In this document: positions 1 to 8,281 of the stretch, in pieces
Numbering within the stretch: the stretch's first letter is position 1
Layout of the letters: each line of letters begins with the position of its first letter
DNA from: Desulfotalea psychrophila LSv54
GTDB taxonomy: Bacteria > Desulfobacterota > Desulfobulbia > Desulfobulbales > Desulfocapsaceae
Direction of reading: 5' to 3'
DNA length: 32,000 nucleotides
NCBI RefSeq assembly: GCF_000025945.1
Contig: NC_006138.1
Location: 2,640,001 to 2,672,000 of the forward strand
Program-made: the position numbers and the translations under genes
The notes under the pieces: generated by a model
The model's input: the letters and a program-made list of their open reading frames with translations, nothing else
Databases searched by the model: none
Told to the model about the DNA's origin: nothing

Positions 1-2
1 AT

Positions 3-1124
3 ACTGATTCAAACAGCAACCATGCTATTGTTTTAAAAAGAGAAGAAATAATAACTACTATATCATATTATACAAAACTTATCAGTTTATCATTTAACAA
101 AATTGAATTGATCCAAAGAGAAATTTCAGATTGTGATCTTTTCTCAAAAAGTCTTGAATTTAGAATAAAATCACTTGATGAATCTGAAAAAACATATAAA
201 TCTCTAGGGAATATCTCTTTTAATTACTGTCCCTCTTGTTTCAGCCAACTCGACACAGTAGTTGCACATAACCAATGTAAACTTTGCAAAAAAATATTAC
301 CTGATTATGATTTAACTGAAAAATACACAGAAACTCTTGCGGAGTTAAAATACCAGCAAAAGCAGAACACCAATACTATAAATAAGCTTCAAGTAGAATT
401 GCAAAATAATGAAAATGAATACATAAAAAACAATGAAAAAGTAATGCTGCTACAAAATGAACTCAGCAATATCAGTACTCACTCAAACGAGAGAGAACTT
501 ATAATCTCAAATTATACAAAAAGGATATCAAATGTTGAGTCAGGAATAATAGAATTGAATAAGAAAATCCCACTTATTCGGAATTTAGAAAAGTACAATA
601 GAAGTATTTCTATAATTACAAAAGAGATATCTAAACTTGTGGAAGAAATAGATTCATTATCTGAACTCAGCAAAATTAGAAATAGGTCTGTTCTAAATAG
701 TTTAGGTGAAACAGCTAGTGGGTTTTTAGAAAATGGGACTGGCAATGAAGAAGATTTCAAAATTGCTACTCAGAAAACAGTTGAAATTGATTTTGAAAAG
801 GACAGATGGCTTCTTGGAGGCCGTATTAGTTTCTCAGAAAGCTCAAATGCTGAAAAAAAAAGTGCATTACATATTAGTTTTTTACTCCAGTCTCTTAAAG
901 ATAAGCAAACACGTTATCCTCTTTTTTCGATTATGGACTTTGAATGTGCTGACTTAAACGAAGAGAGAAGCAAAAAAATACAAAATAATATCCTAAACTT
1001 ATTAAAAGATAAAGAAGGTTTCCAACTCTTAATAACATCATCCAAAATATCTCAGGAGCTTAATATTGAAGAATATGGGGTTGGACGTTATTACGGCAAA
1101 AATGATTACTTATTCAAAATCTAA
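3..1124 (+). CDS. C-terminal part (5' end lies outside the window) of an SMC/Rad50/RecF-like coiled-coil ABC-type ATPase with an embedded 4-Cys zinc ribbon
   Basis: The frame of ORF 108..1124 stays open back to base 3 (TDSNSNHAIVLKREEIITT...), so the gene enters from the left edge. It contains CPSC-x12-CKLC and ~200 aa of K/E/N/L/I-rich coiled-coil-like sequence. The C-terminus has 'FSESSNAEKKSALHISFLLQSL' (ABC-signature-like) followed by 'YPLFSIMDFECADL' (Walker B/D-loop-like). GC is ~30% versus ~50% in the core. Confidence 0.6.
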   Translation, partial: TDSNSNHAIVLKREEIITTISYYTKLISLSFNKIELIQREISDCDLFSKSLEFRIKSLDESEKTYKSLGNISFNYCPSCFSQLDTVVAHNQCKLCKKILPDYDLTEKYTETLAELKYQQKQNTNTINKLQVELQNNENEYIKNNEKVMLLQNELSNISTHSNERELIISNYTKRISNVESGIIELNKKIPLIRNLEKYNRSISIITKEISKLVEEIDSLSELSKIRNRSVLNSLGETASGFLENGTGNEEDFKIATQKTVEIDFEKDRWLLGGRISFSESSNAEKKSALHISFLLQSLKDKQTRYPLFSIMDFECADLNEERSKKIQNNILNLLKDKEGFQLLITSSKISQELNIEEYGVGRYYGKNDYLFKI

Positions 1125-1328
1125 ACAGCAAAAAAATAATTAGCCCAGATAACAAACACAGGCAGAAGAGTATAAAGAGCCGCTTCTGAAGTACAAAAGT
1201 TTTCGGGAGCGGCAATGTTGCAAAGATCAAATAAGTTAAAGAGGACACAGAAAAAGCAAGCTAATACCTTGCATTAGCTATTTTTCAGTACGGCTAGGCT
1301 TAGTGATATACCTTATTCTAACCATTAC

Positions 1329-1350
1329 CCCCCTCCTCCTCCATAATCAT
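1329..1350. repeat. Copy A of a 22-bp element CCCCCTC(C/T)TCCTCCATAATCAT, 52 nt upstream of the thpR ATG
   Basis: Matches 1949..1970 at 21/22 positions. It contains a CATAAT -10-like hexamer and a CCTCC anti-Shine-Dalgarno-like tract. Confidence 0.8.
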
Positions 1351-1401
1351 GGATAGGCAGCAACTCAAAGAGGAACCTTAGATAATTCGGGGATTTTAAC
1401 C

Positions 1402-1920
1402 ATGAGACTGTTTTTAGCCATAGCCCTGCCCAGAGATGTAGAGAAGGTACTGCGGTCCTATCAACCCACTTCCGAAGCGTATATTAGAATCGTTAGTCAA
1501 CTCCATTTGACCCTGCATTTCCTGGGGGATGTGAAGCTGGCAGAGCTTGAGACGGCAATGTCTGATATCCGCTTTAAGGAGTTCAAGCTCAGCCTGGATG
1601 GCCTTGGCTGTTTTAAGGCAAATGGTAAATGCAGGACTCTGTGGGCCGGGGTGAGGCCAAATGAGGCCCTTCGACAGCTGTATGTCAGGATTGGTAAACG
1701 GCTTGAGGAGGCGGATTTTGAGCTGTATTCCCATCATTATTCTCCCCATATAAGCCTGGCCCGCTGCCAACGGAAGTACTCGGAGGAAAAAATCCAGCAT
1801 TTCCTGCAAATAAGGACCGAACCTTTAGAATTCAGGGTGGATCATTTCCTCTTATATGGTAGCGAGATTATAAATAATGTGCCCTTCTACAGGGCCTTGG
1901 CTAAATATGGGGCAAAATAG
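1402..1920 (+). CDS. thpR: RNA 2',3'-cyclic phosphodiesterase / 2'-5' RNA ligase family (2H phosphoesterase, ThpR/LigT)
   Basis: 172 aa. It has the two H-x-T/S-x motifs of the 2H superfamily (LHLTLHFLG and PHISLARC), the typical MRLFLAI N-terminus, and the typical family size. Confidence 0.85.
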   Translation: MRLFLAIALPRDVEKVLRSYQPTSEAYIRIVSQLHLTLHFLGDVKLAELETAMSDIRFKEFKLSLDGLGCFKANGKCRTLWAGVRPNEALRQLYVRIGKRLEEADFELYSHHYSPHISLARCQRKYSEEKIQHFLQIRTEPLEFRVDHFLLYGSEIINNVPFYRALAKYGAK

Positions 1921-1948
1921 CAAACCTCTCCCACCCCCTTGCCTTTGT

Positions 1949-1970
1949 CCCCCTCTTCCTCCATAATCAT
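1949..1970. repeat. Copy B of the 22-bp element, upstream of the next ORF
   Basis: CCCCCTCTTCCTCCATAATCAT. Its CCTCC tract is complementary to the GGAGGAGG ribosome-binding site at 2003..2010. Confidence 0.8.
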
Positions 1971-2016
1971 AGGTAAACTTAGAAATCAATGAAATGAAGA
2001 CATGGAGGAGGTGCAG

Positions 2017-2367
2017 ATGTTTATCGACATAAAGGCAAACGAGGGCATTTTCAAGACAGGATCCTGCATAGGGAATACAGCAGGTTTGGAATCATACCAT
2101 AGCCTCAGGGCGGATTTCAAATTCAATTTACAGCATGCCAGAGAAGTTTACTTCGGTAAATTCGAGCAAAATCGACTCCCTGAGGTAATTAACCTCATGG
2201 GAGATCATCTGCCCTGGGAGGATATGGTGGGCAACAATTATATCGCCTTTGACTGCAAGGACAGTGACGAAAACAACTCTTACTCATTCACTCTCTTCTT
2301 CAGCTATGAGGCGATGGATCAATACAACAGAATCAAAAAAATAGTGGACGAGCAGACCTGGAAATAG
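2017..2367 (+). CDS. Hypothetical protein (~116 aa), no recognisable domain
   Basis: Open frame with core-like codon usage. GGAGGAGG lies 6 nt upstream of ATG 2017, so this start is preferred over the track start at 2002. Confidence 0.5.
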   Translation: MFIDIKANEGIFKTGSCIGNTAGLESYHSLRADFKFNLQHAREVYFGKFEQNRLPEVINLMGDHLPWEDMVGNNYIAFDCKDSDENNSYSFTLFFSYEAMDQYNRIKKIVDEQTWK

Positions 2368-2668
2368 GCCGGGAAGGAGATTATAAAGGTAAAGGGACTA
2401 TCGCCTTCTTTCTCCTTAGCTCAAGCCTGCTTATCTTCTCGCAGAGTTATGCCTGCATCGAAATCAGACTGACAACAGCCGATGATTTAAGCGAAAGAGG
2501 ATGAGCTGCCGGGTTTGCCAGAGTATCATGTCTACGAATCAAGCAGGCTAAAGTCAAAAAATCACCTTCTCTGGCGCAGACAAGCCAAGCAACCTTTCGC
2601 CCTTGATGAATCAAAAAAGCAGGTTAGAGAAGATAGCAATCCCCTTTAGCAGGTGAGTTCAGCAGACT

Positions 2669-2701
2669 AGAGCACATTATTACCCTACGATAATGTGCTC
2701 T
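2669..2701. other. Perfect 12-bp-stem hairpin (AGAGCACATTAT / ATAATGTGCTCT, 9-nt loop) in a 500-bp intergenic region
   Basis: The inverted repeat was read directly. It is followed by ACCATTTTAAG, only a weak T-tract on the + strand. Confidence 0.6.
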
Positions 2702-2867
2702 ACCATTTTAAGACAAGCTCTAATGAGAGCTGAACGCCCCTATCCAAAGCAAAAGTTACTCTCTTTATTTCATCTGCCACTTTATTTTTTAACGAAGTCA
2801 AGTTACCATACAAGGCTTTAACCCTATCCTACAGACATCATTTTTTTTAGAAGAGTTTGATTTAAGC

Positions 2868-4850
2868 ATGGCAAAGAACAAAAAAGCACCGATACAATAT
2901 TTGTTTCTCAAAGCCGCTATTCCTGCCTGTATCATAATGGGAATTATGATTTTCTTTGTCCACTTTGTCCAAATTTCAGCCGAAAAGAAACTCCTCCTCG
3001 CCCAGGAACAAAATAACATCAAAATTGGCAAAAAAATTATCAGCCAATCTTTTCAATCCATCCTCTCTGACCTACGCTACATTACAAGCTCTGGATATTT
3101 AAAATATTTTATAACTGACCAGAGTGACTCAACGAGAAACAACCTGGAGCAAGAATTTCTGACCATAGTTAATACCAAGAAAATTTATGACCAGATTCGC
3201 TATCTTGACCCGAAGGGGATGGAGCTTATCCGTGTTAATAAAAACCAAGAGCACCCTACTATAGTGGCCAAGGATCTCTTACAAAACAAAAGGGATCGTT
3301 ATTATTTCCAAGATACAATGACAATTCCTTGCAAAGAAATATTTATTTCTCCCCTTGATCTTAATATTGAGCACAAACAAATTGAACGTCCCCTAAAGCC
3401 CATGATTCGTTTTGGCATGCCGGTTTGCAATGCTCAGGGCCACAAAAAGGGAATCGTTTTATCTAACTATCTTGGCTCGAATCTCCTGGACTATGTTCGA
3501 AAATCTCTGGCAAAAGAGAAGAGCCAATTAATGCTTCTCAACGATGAAGGATATTGGCTATTATCACCCAAGCCCAAGGATGAATGGGGGTTTATGTTTA
3601 AAAATGACCTTCGTTTTCAAAATAGCTTTTCCGAGGCTTGGAAAAACATACAGACTGAAGCGAAGGGACAATTTTTCACCTCAAAGGGACTTTTTACCTA
3701 TCAAATAATATACCCCGCTCATGAAGGTGCCTTAGCCAATAAAACGCCTTTGCCGGTTGCCCCAGGACTGCCTGCTCTAGAGACAGAGAACTATCACTGG
3801 ATACTACTGCTCCATCTGCCCCAGGCAGAGATACACACAATACTCAAGAAACATCTCTACTGGGGACTCCTGCAACTGGGTTTTACCTGCCTGATAATAT
3901 TTCCCCTCCTCTGGCTTCTTACCAAGGAACGAATACGCGTGATTAATGCCAGAAAAAGAATGAAGCAGGCAAACGAGTTCAGCAAGGCCATTGCTACCCA
4001 AATTGGAGAGGGTCTCATTGTTTTAGATTTTCATGGTAATTTTTTAATGATTAACCGGATGGCGGAAAAGCTGCTGGGGTGGCAGGAGGCGGAGCTCTTC
4101 CATAAACACATTGGCCTTCTCATTCCTGAGTTTAAAGAATCAGAGAAAGAATCTCTCCTCTCGTCCACTATCAAAGCCAATGCCTGCCGTCGTATAGAGC
4201 CTTTTTACATTCCTCAAAAAGACGGTCAGATCATTCCCGTCTCTCTAACCATTTCCCCCATGTATAACCAGGGAACAGTGACAGGGGCGATCATTATTTT
4301 TCAAGACATAGCTGAAAGACTGTTGGCAGAAGAGCAACTCAAACTGGCTGCAAGCCACGACAGCATGACGGGGGCCAAAAACAGGGCAGAACTTGAAAGA
4401 TTGATGGATTTAGAAATTGAGCAGAGTGCAAGGAAGAAAACAGCTTGCACCTTTCTCATGATTGATATTGATTACTTTAAGAAAATCAACGACAGCTATG
4501 GGCACCTGGTAGGAGATCAGGTTTTAAAAGAGATGAGTCATTATATACGCTCTACCCTACGAAAAAGTGATATTTTCGGAAGATATGGCGGAGAGGAGTT
4601 TGTTATTATTCTTCCCCAAGAGGACCTGCAGCACTCACGAAAAATTGCTGAGAGGCTACGCCTCGGTATTAAAGAAAATTCTCTGCAAAACAATACCCTG
4701 AAAAAAGCAATGACCGTCAGTATTGGCCTTGCAAGTTATCCGGAGCATGGCCGTACCAGCAAAGATATCCTGCTACAGGCCGATGAGGCCCTATACATCG
4801 CCAAAAAGCAGGGAAGAGACCGGATTGTTACGGCCCCCGAAAATCAGTAG
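2868..4850 (+). CDS. Membrane-anchored sensor diguanylate cyclase (TM - periplasmic sensor domain - TM - PAS - GGDEF)
   Basis: N-terminal TM (AAIPACIIMGIMIFFVHFV), a ~290-aa extracytoplasmic region, and a second TM (GLLQLGFTCLIIFPLLWLL). A PAS-like segment follows (GEGLIVLDFHGNFLMINRMAEKLLGW). The GGDEF domain has an intact RYGGEEF active site and an RKSD (RxxD) I-site 5 residues upstream. Confidence 0.9.
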   Translation: MAKNKKAPIQYLFLKAAIPACIIMGIMIFFVHFVQISAEKKLLLAQEQNNIKIGKKIISQSFQSILSDLRYITSSGYLKYFITDQSDSTRNNLEQEFLTIVNTKKIYDQIRYLDPKGMELIRVNKNQEHPTIVAKDLLQNKRDRYYFQDTMTIPCKEIFISPLDLNIEHKQIERPLKPMIRFGMPVCNAQGHKKGIVLSNYLGSNLLDYVRKSLAKEKSQLMLLNDEGYWLLSPKPKDEWGFMFKNDLRFQNSFSEAWKNIQTEAKGQFFTSKGLFTYQIIYPAHEGALANKTPLPVAPGLPALETENYHWILLLHLPQAEIHTILKKHLYWGLLQLGFTCLIIFPLLWLLTKERIRVINARKRMKQANEFSKAIATQIGEGLIVLDFHGNFLMINRMAEKLLGWQEAELFHKHIGLLIPEFKESEKESLLSSTIKANACRRIEPFYIPQKDGQIIPVSLTISPMYNQGTVTGAIIIFQDIAERLLAEEQLKLAASHDSMTGAKNRAELERLMDLEIEQSARKKTACTFLMIDIDYFKKINDSYGHLVGDQVLKEMSHYIRSTLRKSDIFGRYGGEEFVIILPQEDLQHSRKIAERLRLGIKENSLQNNTLKKAMTVSIGLASYPEHGRTSKDILLQADEALYIAKKQGRDRIVTAPENQ

Positions 4851-4852
4851 AT

Positions 4853-4899
4853 AAAAAAGAGGGGCAGGACATAGTCCTATGTTTCGCAGCCCCTGCCCC
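4853..4899 (-). terminator. Rho-independent terminator (minus-strand orientation, possibly bidirectional) between the DGC and the Zn-ribbon gene
   Basis: GGGGCAGG (4861..4868) pairs with CCTGCCCC (4892..4899). An inner ACATA/TATGT pairing is also present. The AAAAAA tract at 4853..4858 gives a U-tract on the minus-strand transcript. Confidence 0.5.
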
Positions 4900-5191
4900 C
4901 CGTGCAACTTATTTCCACGTATCTGTAACTAATTGTTAAGGCAAAGACCTATAAATACCGAAATGAACATCCCCCAGTAAATTTAATAGCACGATAACAA
5001 TGCTTACAGCAGACTAATTTCACCGTACATCTGCCCCCTAGATCAAGATCATTCTGCAAATAGATATATAATAAATAAATTTCTCTTCTATGCGTCACGG
5101 CCTACCTTTTGCCTAAAGAGGGAAGATGATCGTCTGCTCATTGGAAAAATATTCGATGAAGAGGAGTTTGGCTCTTGCCACCACCTTGGTT

Positions 5192-5401
5192 CTAACCCGT
5201 AAAAAAATCAAAGACATTGCCCAGGGTTGAGGCAGAGCCCTTGTAAAACTCCGTATATTGACAGCGCTCACAGGTAATGGCTACGTATTTTTTATTCTGT
5301 ACATCAAAAATCCTTGACCAAAAACCTCCGGAAACTCTGATTTCACCCGCATCGTACTTTGAACTGCCACATTTAGGGCATTGCCAACTATCACCAACCA
5401 T
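5192..5401 (-). CDS. Small zinc-ribbon protein (CPKCG...CERC; DUF2082-like putative nucleic-acid-binding Zn-ribbon family)
   Basis: The sequence WQCPKCGSSKYDAGEIRVSGGFWSRIFDVQNKKYVAITCERCQYTEFY is the family pattern as I recall it. AGGAG lies 8 nt upstream of ATG 5401, which is the internal M8 of the track ORF. Confidence 0.75.
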   Translation of the reverse strand: MVGDSWQCPKCGSSKYDAGEIRVSGGFWSRIFDVQNKKYVAITCERCQYTEFYKGSASTLGNVFDFFTG

Positions 5402-5642
5402 TATTTTTCTCCTATTAAACAATGAACACTGTCTTCCTGTTATTATAACAGGATCATTTCTGTAAATATTCGTCCCGGCCTCACTAACCCTTATTCACCA
5501 ACCAATACGACTTTTTTTAATAAAGACAGAAATAGACTCCAGTGAAAATTTAAATCTTATTTGAAATATATATCTTCCCCTGTAAAAATTGCTGTAAAAA
5601 TCACCAATTGATGACGAGAAGGTAACAACAACATTTGATAGC

Positions 5643-5679
5643 AACGAAGTATCGTCTTGGGTCTCAACGTAATTCCGTT
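5643..5679. promoter_or_regulatory. Two copies of the AACG-N6-CGTT / GAATTACGT-type site, 65-100 nt upstream of the sigma-54 activator gene (putative autoregulatory sites)
   Basis: AACGAAGTATCGTC (5643..5656) and AACGTAATTCCGTT (5666..5679). The same motif family is found upstream of both sigma-54 promoters below. Confidence 0.45.
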
Positions 5680-5742
5680 TATAGTTATATAAAAAAACAT
5701 CAGAGCTCATAAAAATCAACTCCACTTTTTACACTATAAAAT

Positions 5743-7383
5743 ATGATCGACCAGACTCCATTTATCTTCAGTAATGAAGTGATGCACCAGCTACTACTTG
5801 ACATGGCCCAGCAACGAACGACTAGCAACCTGTTTGAGGTCGTTGTCTCACGCCTTGCCACTTTCTCCCATGTTGCTCTGGCAAGAATTTGGGTTCTGCG
5901 GCCGGGAGACATTTGTCATAGCTGTCCGGTCAAGGCAGAATGTCATGATCGCAGCAACTGCTTGCATCTAGTTGCCAGTGCCGGCCAATCAAATACCGAA
6001 GGTGTACAGTGGACAAATATTCATGGGAAGTACAGAAGATTCCCCTTAGGTGCTAGAAAAGTTGGCCATATTGCAGCTACCAGTAAACCCGTGGTTGTTG
6101 AGCACATTAATAAAGACTCTCAATGGATTTTGGATGTCGAATGGGCTCAACAAGAAAAAATTCAGGGCTTTGCTGGCCAGCCTCTAATTTTTCAAGGCAA
6201 GGTCCTGGGTGTATTAGCTGTCTTCACAAAGATCAACCTGACATCTGATGTACTCAAGGTGCTCAGAGTTATCGCCGACCATGTAGCGGCAGCGCTTGCC
6301 AACACTCTGGCTTTTGAGGAAATCGAAATCCTTAAACAGAAGCTTGAACTGGAAAACAGTTACCTTCGAGAAGAGCTTTTTGATGTAGCCTCCATGGGAG
6401 GTTTTGTTGGCAACAGTTATGCCTTACAGCAGGTTCTTAATCAGGTTGACGCCGTTGCTCCTACCAATGCAAGTGTACTTATCTTAGGTGAATCTGGAAC
6501 AGGGAAGGAACTTGTGGCCCGTGAAATCCATCATCGTAGCTCGCGAAAAGATAAACCGATGATCAAGGTCAACTGCGCGTCGATTCCTCGAGATTTATTT
6601 GAAAGCGAATTCTTCGGTCATGCCAAAGGAGCATTTACCGGAGCATTAGCCGACCGAAACGGCAGATTCAGCGCGGCAGATGGTGGCACCCTTTTCCTTG
6701 ATGAGTTGGGAGATATACCCTTGGAACATCAGAGTAAACTGCTCCGGGTACTCCAGGAAGGCGAATATGAAAGAGTAGGAGAAAACCAGACACGAAAAAC
6801 AGATGTCCGCATTATCGCAGCTACAAACAAAAACTTACATGAAGAAATCGTAGCCAAGAAATTTCGCGAAGACCTCTACTTTCGACTTAATGTCTTCCCC
6901 ATCAGAGTCCCCCCACTGAGGGAAAGAAAGGAAGATATCGAATTGCTGGCAAACTATTTTCTGCAGAAAATATTGCAAGAGATGAACATTACCCAACAAC
7001 AATTTAACATGCAACAACTGCAAGAGTTGAAAGAATATGACTGGCCTGGAAATGTAAGGGAGCTACGTAATATCGTTGAACGATCCGCTATTTTTTCTCT
7101 TTCTGGGCCATTACGCCTACATCTCCCGGAAACAGCTGATTCAAGCACCCATTCTCACGCTATTACGACTGAGGACAGCTCAGTGATTCTCTCTGAGAAA
7201 AAGATGCTTGAGCTACAACGAGAAAATACCAGGGCAGCACTGGCACAGTGTAACTGGAAAATTTATGGCATTGACGGAGCAGCTACCCTTCTCGGCATTA
7301 AGCCCACGACACTGGCTACAAGAATAAAAAAAATGAACTTGAAGCGCCCCGTGGCAAACAATAGGGCTGATATTTGCGATTAA
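5743..7383 (+). CDS. Sigma-54-dependent transcriptional activator (GAF sensor with Cys/His-rich insert - AAA+ - Fis-type HTH)
   Basis: Walker A GESGTGKE, sigma-54 contact loop GAFTGA, Walker B LFLDELG, and ESEFFGH. The C-terminal HTH is AATLLGIKPTTLATRIKKMNL. The N-terminal ~190 aa is GAF-like and contains CHSCPVKAECHDRSNCLH. Confidence 0.9.
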   Translation: MIDQTPFIFSNEVMHQLLLDMAQQRTTSNLFEVVVSRLATFSHVALARIWVLRPGDICHSCPVKAECHDRSNCLHLVASAGQSNTEGVQWTNIHGKYRRFPLGARKVGHIAATSKPVVVEHINKDSQWILDVEWAQQEKIQGFAGQPLIFQGKVLGVLAVFTKINLTSDVLKVLRVIADHVAAALANTLAFEEIEILKQKLELENSYLREELFDVASMGGFVGNSYALQQVLNQVDAVAPTNASVLILGESGTGKELVAREIHHRSSRKDKPMIKVNCASIPRDLFESEFFGHAKGAFTGALADRNGRFSAADGGTLFLDELGDIPLEHQSKLLRVLQEGEYERVGENQTRKTDVRIIAATNKNLHEEIVAKKFREDLYFRLNVFPIRVPPLRERKEDIELLANYFLQKILQEMNITQQQFNMQQLQELKEYDWPGNVRELRNIVERSAIFSLSGPLRLHLPETADSSTHSHAITTEDSSVILSEKKMLELQRENTRAALAQCNWKIYGIDGAATLLGIKPTTLATRIKKMNLKRPVANNRADICD

Positions 7384-7522
7384 GAAGTCCACCCGCAAAA
7401 AAAAGAGCTCAGCGGCTCCAGCTCAGGGCGAATCATATCATGAGCACCTTCAACCTGTTACACTATGAGATAGCCTATTGATACATGAATCATCTTCTGG
7501 GACTTTGTGATCGTATCAAAAA

Positions 7523-7576
7523 AGCAGAATTACGTTCCTATTTAACACGGAATTACGTTTTTAACGAAATATCGTT
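7523..7576 (+). promoter_or_regulatory. Triple upstream-activator-site cluster for promoter P1
   Basis: AGCAGAATTACGTT (7523..7536), CACGGAATTACGTT (7546..7559), AACGAAATATCGTT (7563..7576). Centre-to-centre spacing is 23 then 17 bp. The proximal centre is ~72 bp upstream of the TGGCAC. Confidence 0.55.
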
Positions 7577-7640
7577 TTTACTAAGCTGCTGGCAAAACAA
7601 ACAACAGCGCTACAGTAAGCACTTAGATATTATCAAGGTT

Positions 7641-7656
7641 TGGCACAGCATGTGCA
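7641..7656 (+). promoter_or_regulatory. Sigma-54 (-24/-12) promoter P1, with no ORF downstream
   Basis: TGGCAC-AGCAT-GTGCA has correct GG-N10-GC spacing. The consensus is TGGCAC-N5-TTGCW. Confidence 0.6.
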
Positions 7657-7994
7657 TTATATCTAATATGCTTCGTACCAGTAGGTAACTGAAGTATCGC
7701 CAAACAACTGGACATGGAGGGGCATAGCCAAAATTACAGCCCCGACCAGGCATATTTCATGCTTAGACGGTAAACCTTGAGTACTGGGCAAGCCAGGACA
7801 CTAAACGTCAATTTTGTTTGAGCGCTACAAACGACACCAAGATAAAAATAACTCGAAGATTTTGTTGAAAAAACTGATGTAGCTGTTTGGCCGTCTCCCA
7901 AGGATAATCTTTACTGAGCTATTAACCATTTATAATTGTTTAGACCTCTACCAATAGTTTCACCTCAATAGCTGAGGATCTTTATCTAAAGGAG

Positions 7995-8207
7995 ATGGCT
8001 GAATCTCTCTCGTGGCAGAAGCCAAGGCAGCAGCGATTTCAATGCCGAGAATACCATAAAACCTTTCAACTTGTGTGCCTGGCAAGGGCCTAGAAGCCAA
8101 GGACGAAGCGAATCAAGAGAAAAACAATCGGTTTTGCCAGAAGCACTGAATTACATGGAGCTTTGGTAAAAGCACGAGCTTTGCTACAAAAGTTGGCGCC
8201 CACCTGA
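7995..8207 (+). pseudogene. Possible decayed IS1-type (InsA-like zinc-finger) transposase N-terminal fragment
   Basis: AAGGAG then ATG gives MAESLSWQKPRQQRFQCREYHKTFQLVCLARA*, which resembles the InsA pattern QRY-x-C-xxC-x-KT-W/F-QL but has lost a Cys. An in-frame stop is followed by more basic sequence. The match is made from memory only. Confidence 0.3.
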
Positions 8208-8235
8208 TCGTTCATAAAAGAAAGAACTCTCAAAG

Positions 8236-8261
8236 GGAAGTCTGACCTCTTCCAGACTTCC
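8236..8261 (-). terminator. Hairpin terminator downstream of the FGE-like gene (potentially bidirectional)
   Basis: GGAAGTCTG (8236..8244) pairs with CAGACTTCC (8253..8261) across an 8-nt loop. The minus-strand transcript continues CUUUGAGAGUUCUUUCUUUU. The + strand continues UCUCUGAUUUCUC. Confidence 0.5.
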
Positions 8262-8281
8262 TCTCTGATTTCTCATCTAGA

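Noticed and set aside
5590-5606. Sigma-54-like element (minus strand TGGTGA-N5-ACAGCA) facing the Zn-ribbon gene, downstream of the 5643-5679 sites
   Set aside because: The GG...GC spacing is 11 nt instead of the strictly required 10, and the -24 element is poor. It was not called.
5495-5912. Small minus-strand ORFs (76 and 70 aa) in and around the divergent promoter region
   Set aside because: One lies in an AT-rich intergenic promoter region. The other overlaps the 5' end of the EBP gene in antisense. Neither has an RBS or motifs.
7631-7643. IHF-like TATCAAGGTTTGG near P1
   Set aside because: It does not satisfy WATCAANNNNTTR and overlaps the -24 element, so the position is implausible for DNA bending between UAS and promoter.
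7485-7688. 67-aa ORF downstream of the sigma-54 activator gene
   Set aside because: It spans the three activator sites and the -24/-12 promoter. It has no RBS, and the translated sequence has no recognisable motifs. The regulatory reading explains the sequence better.
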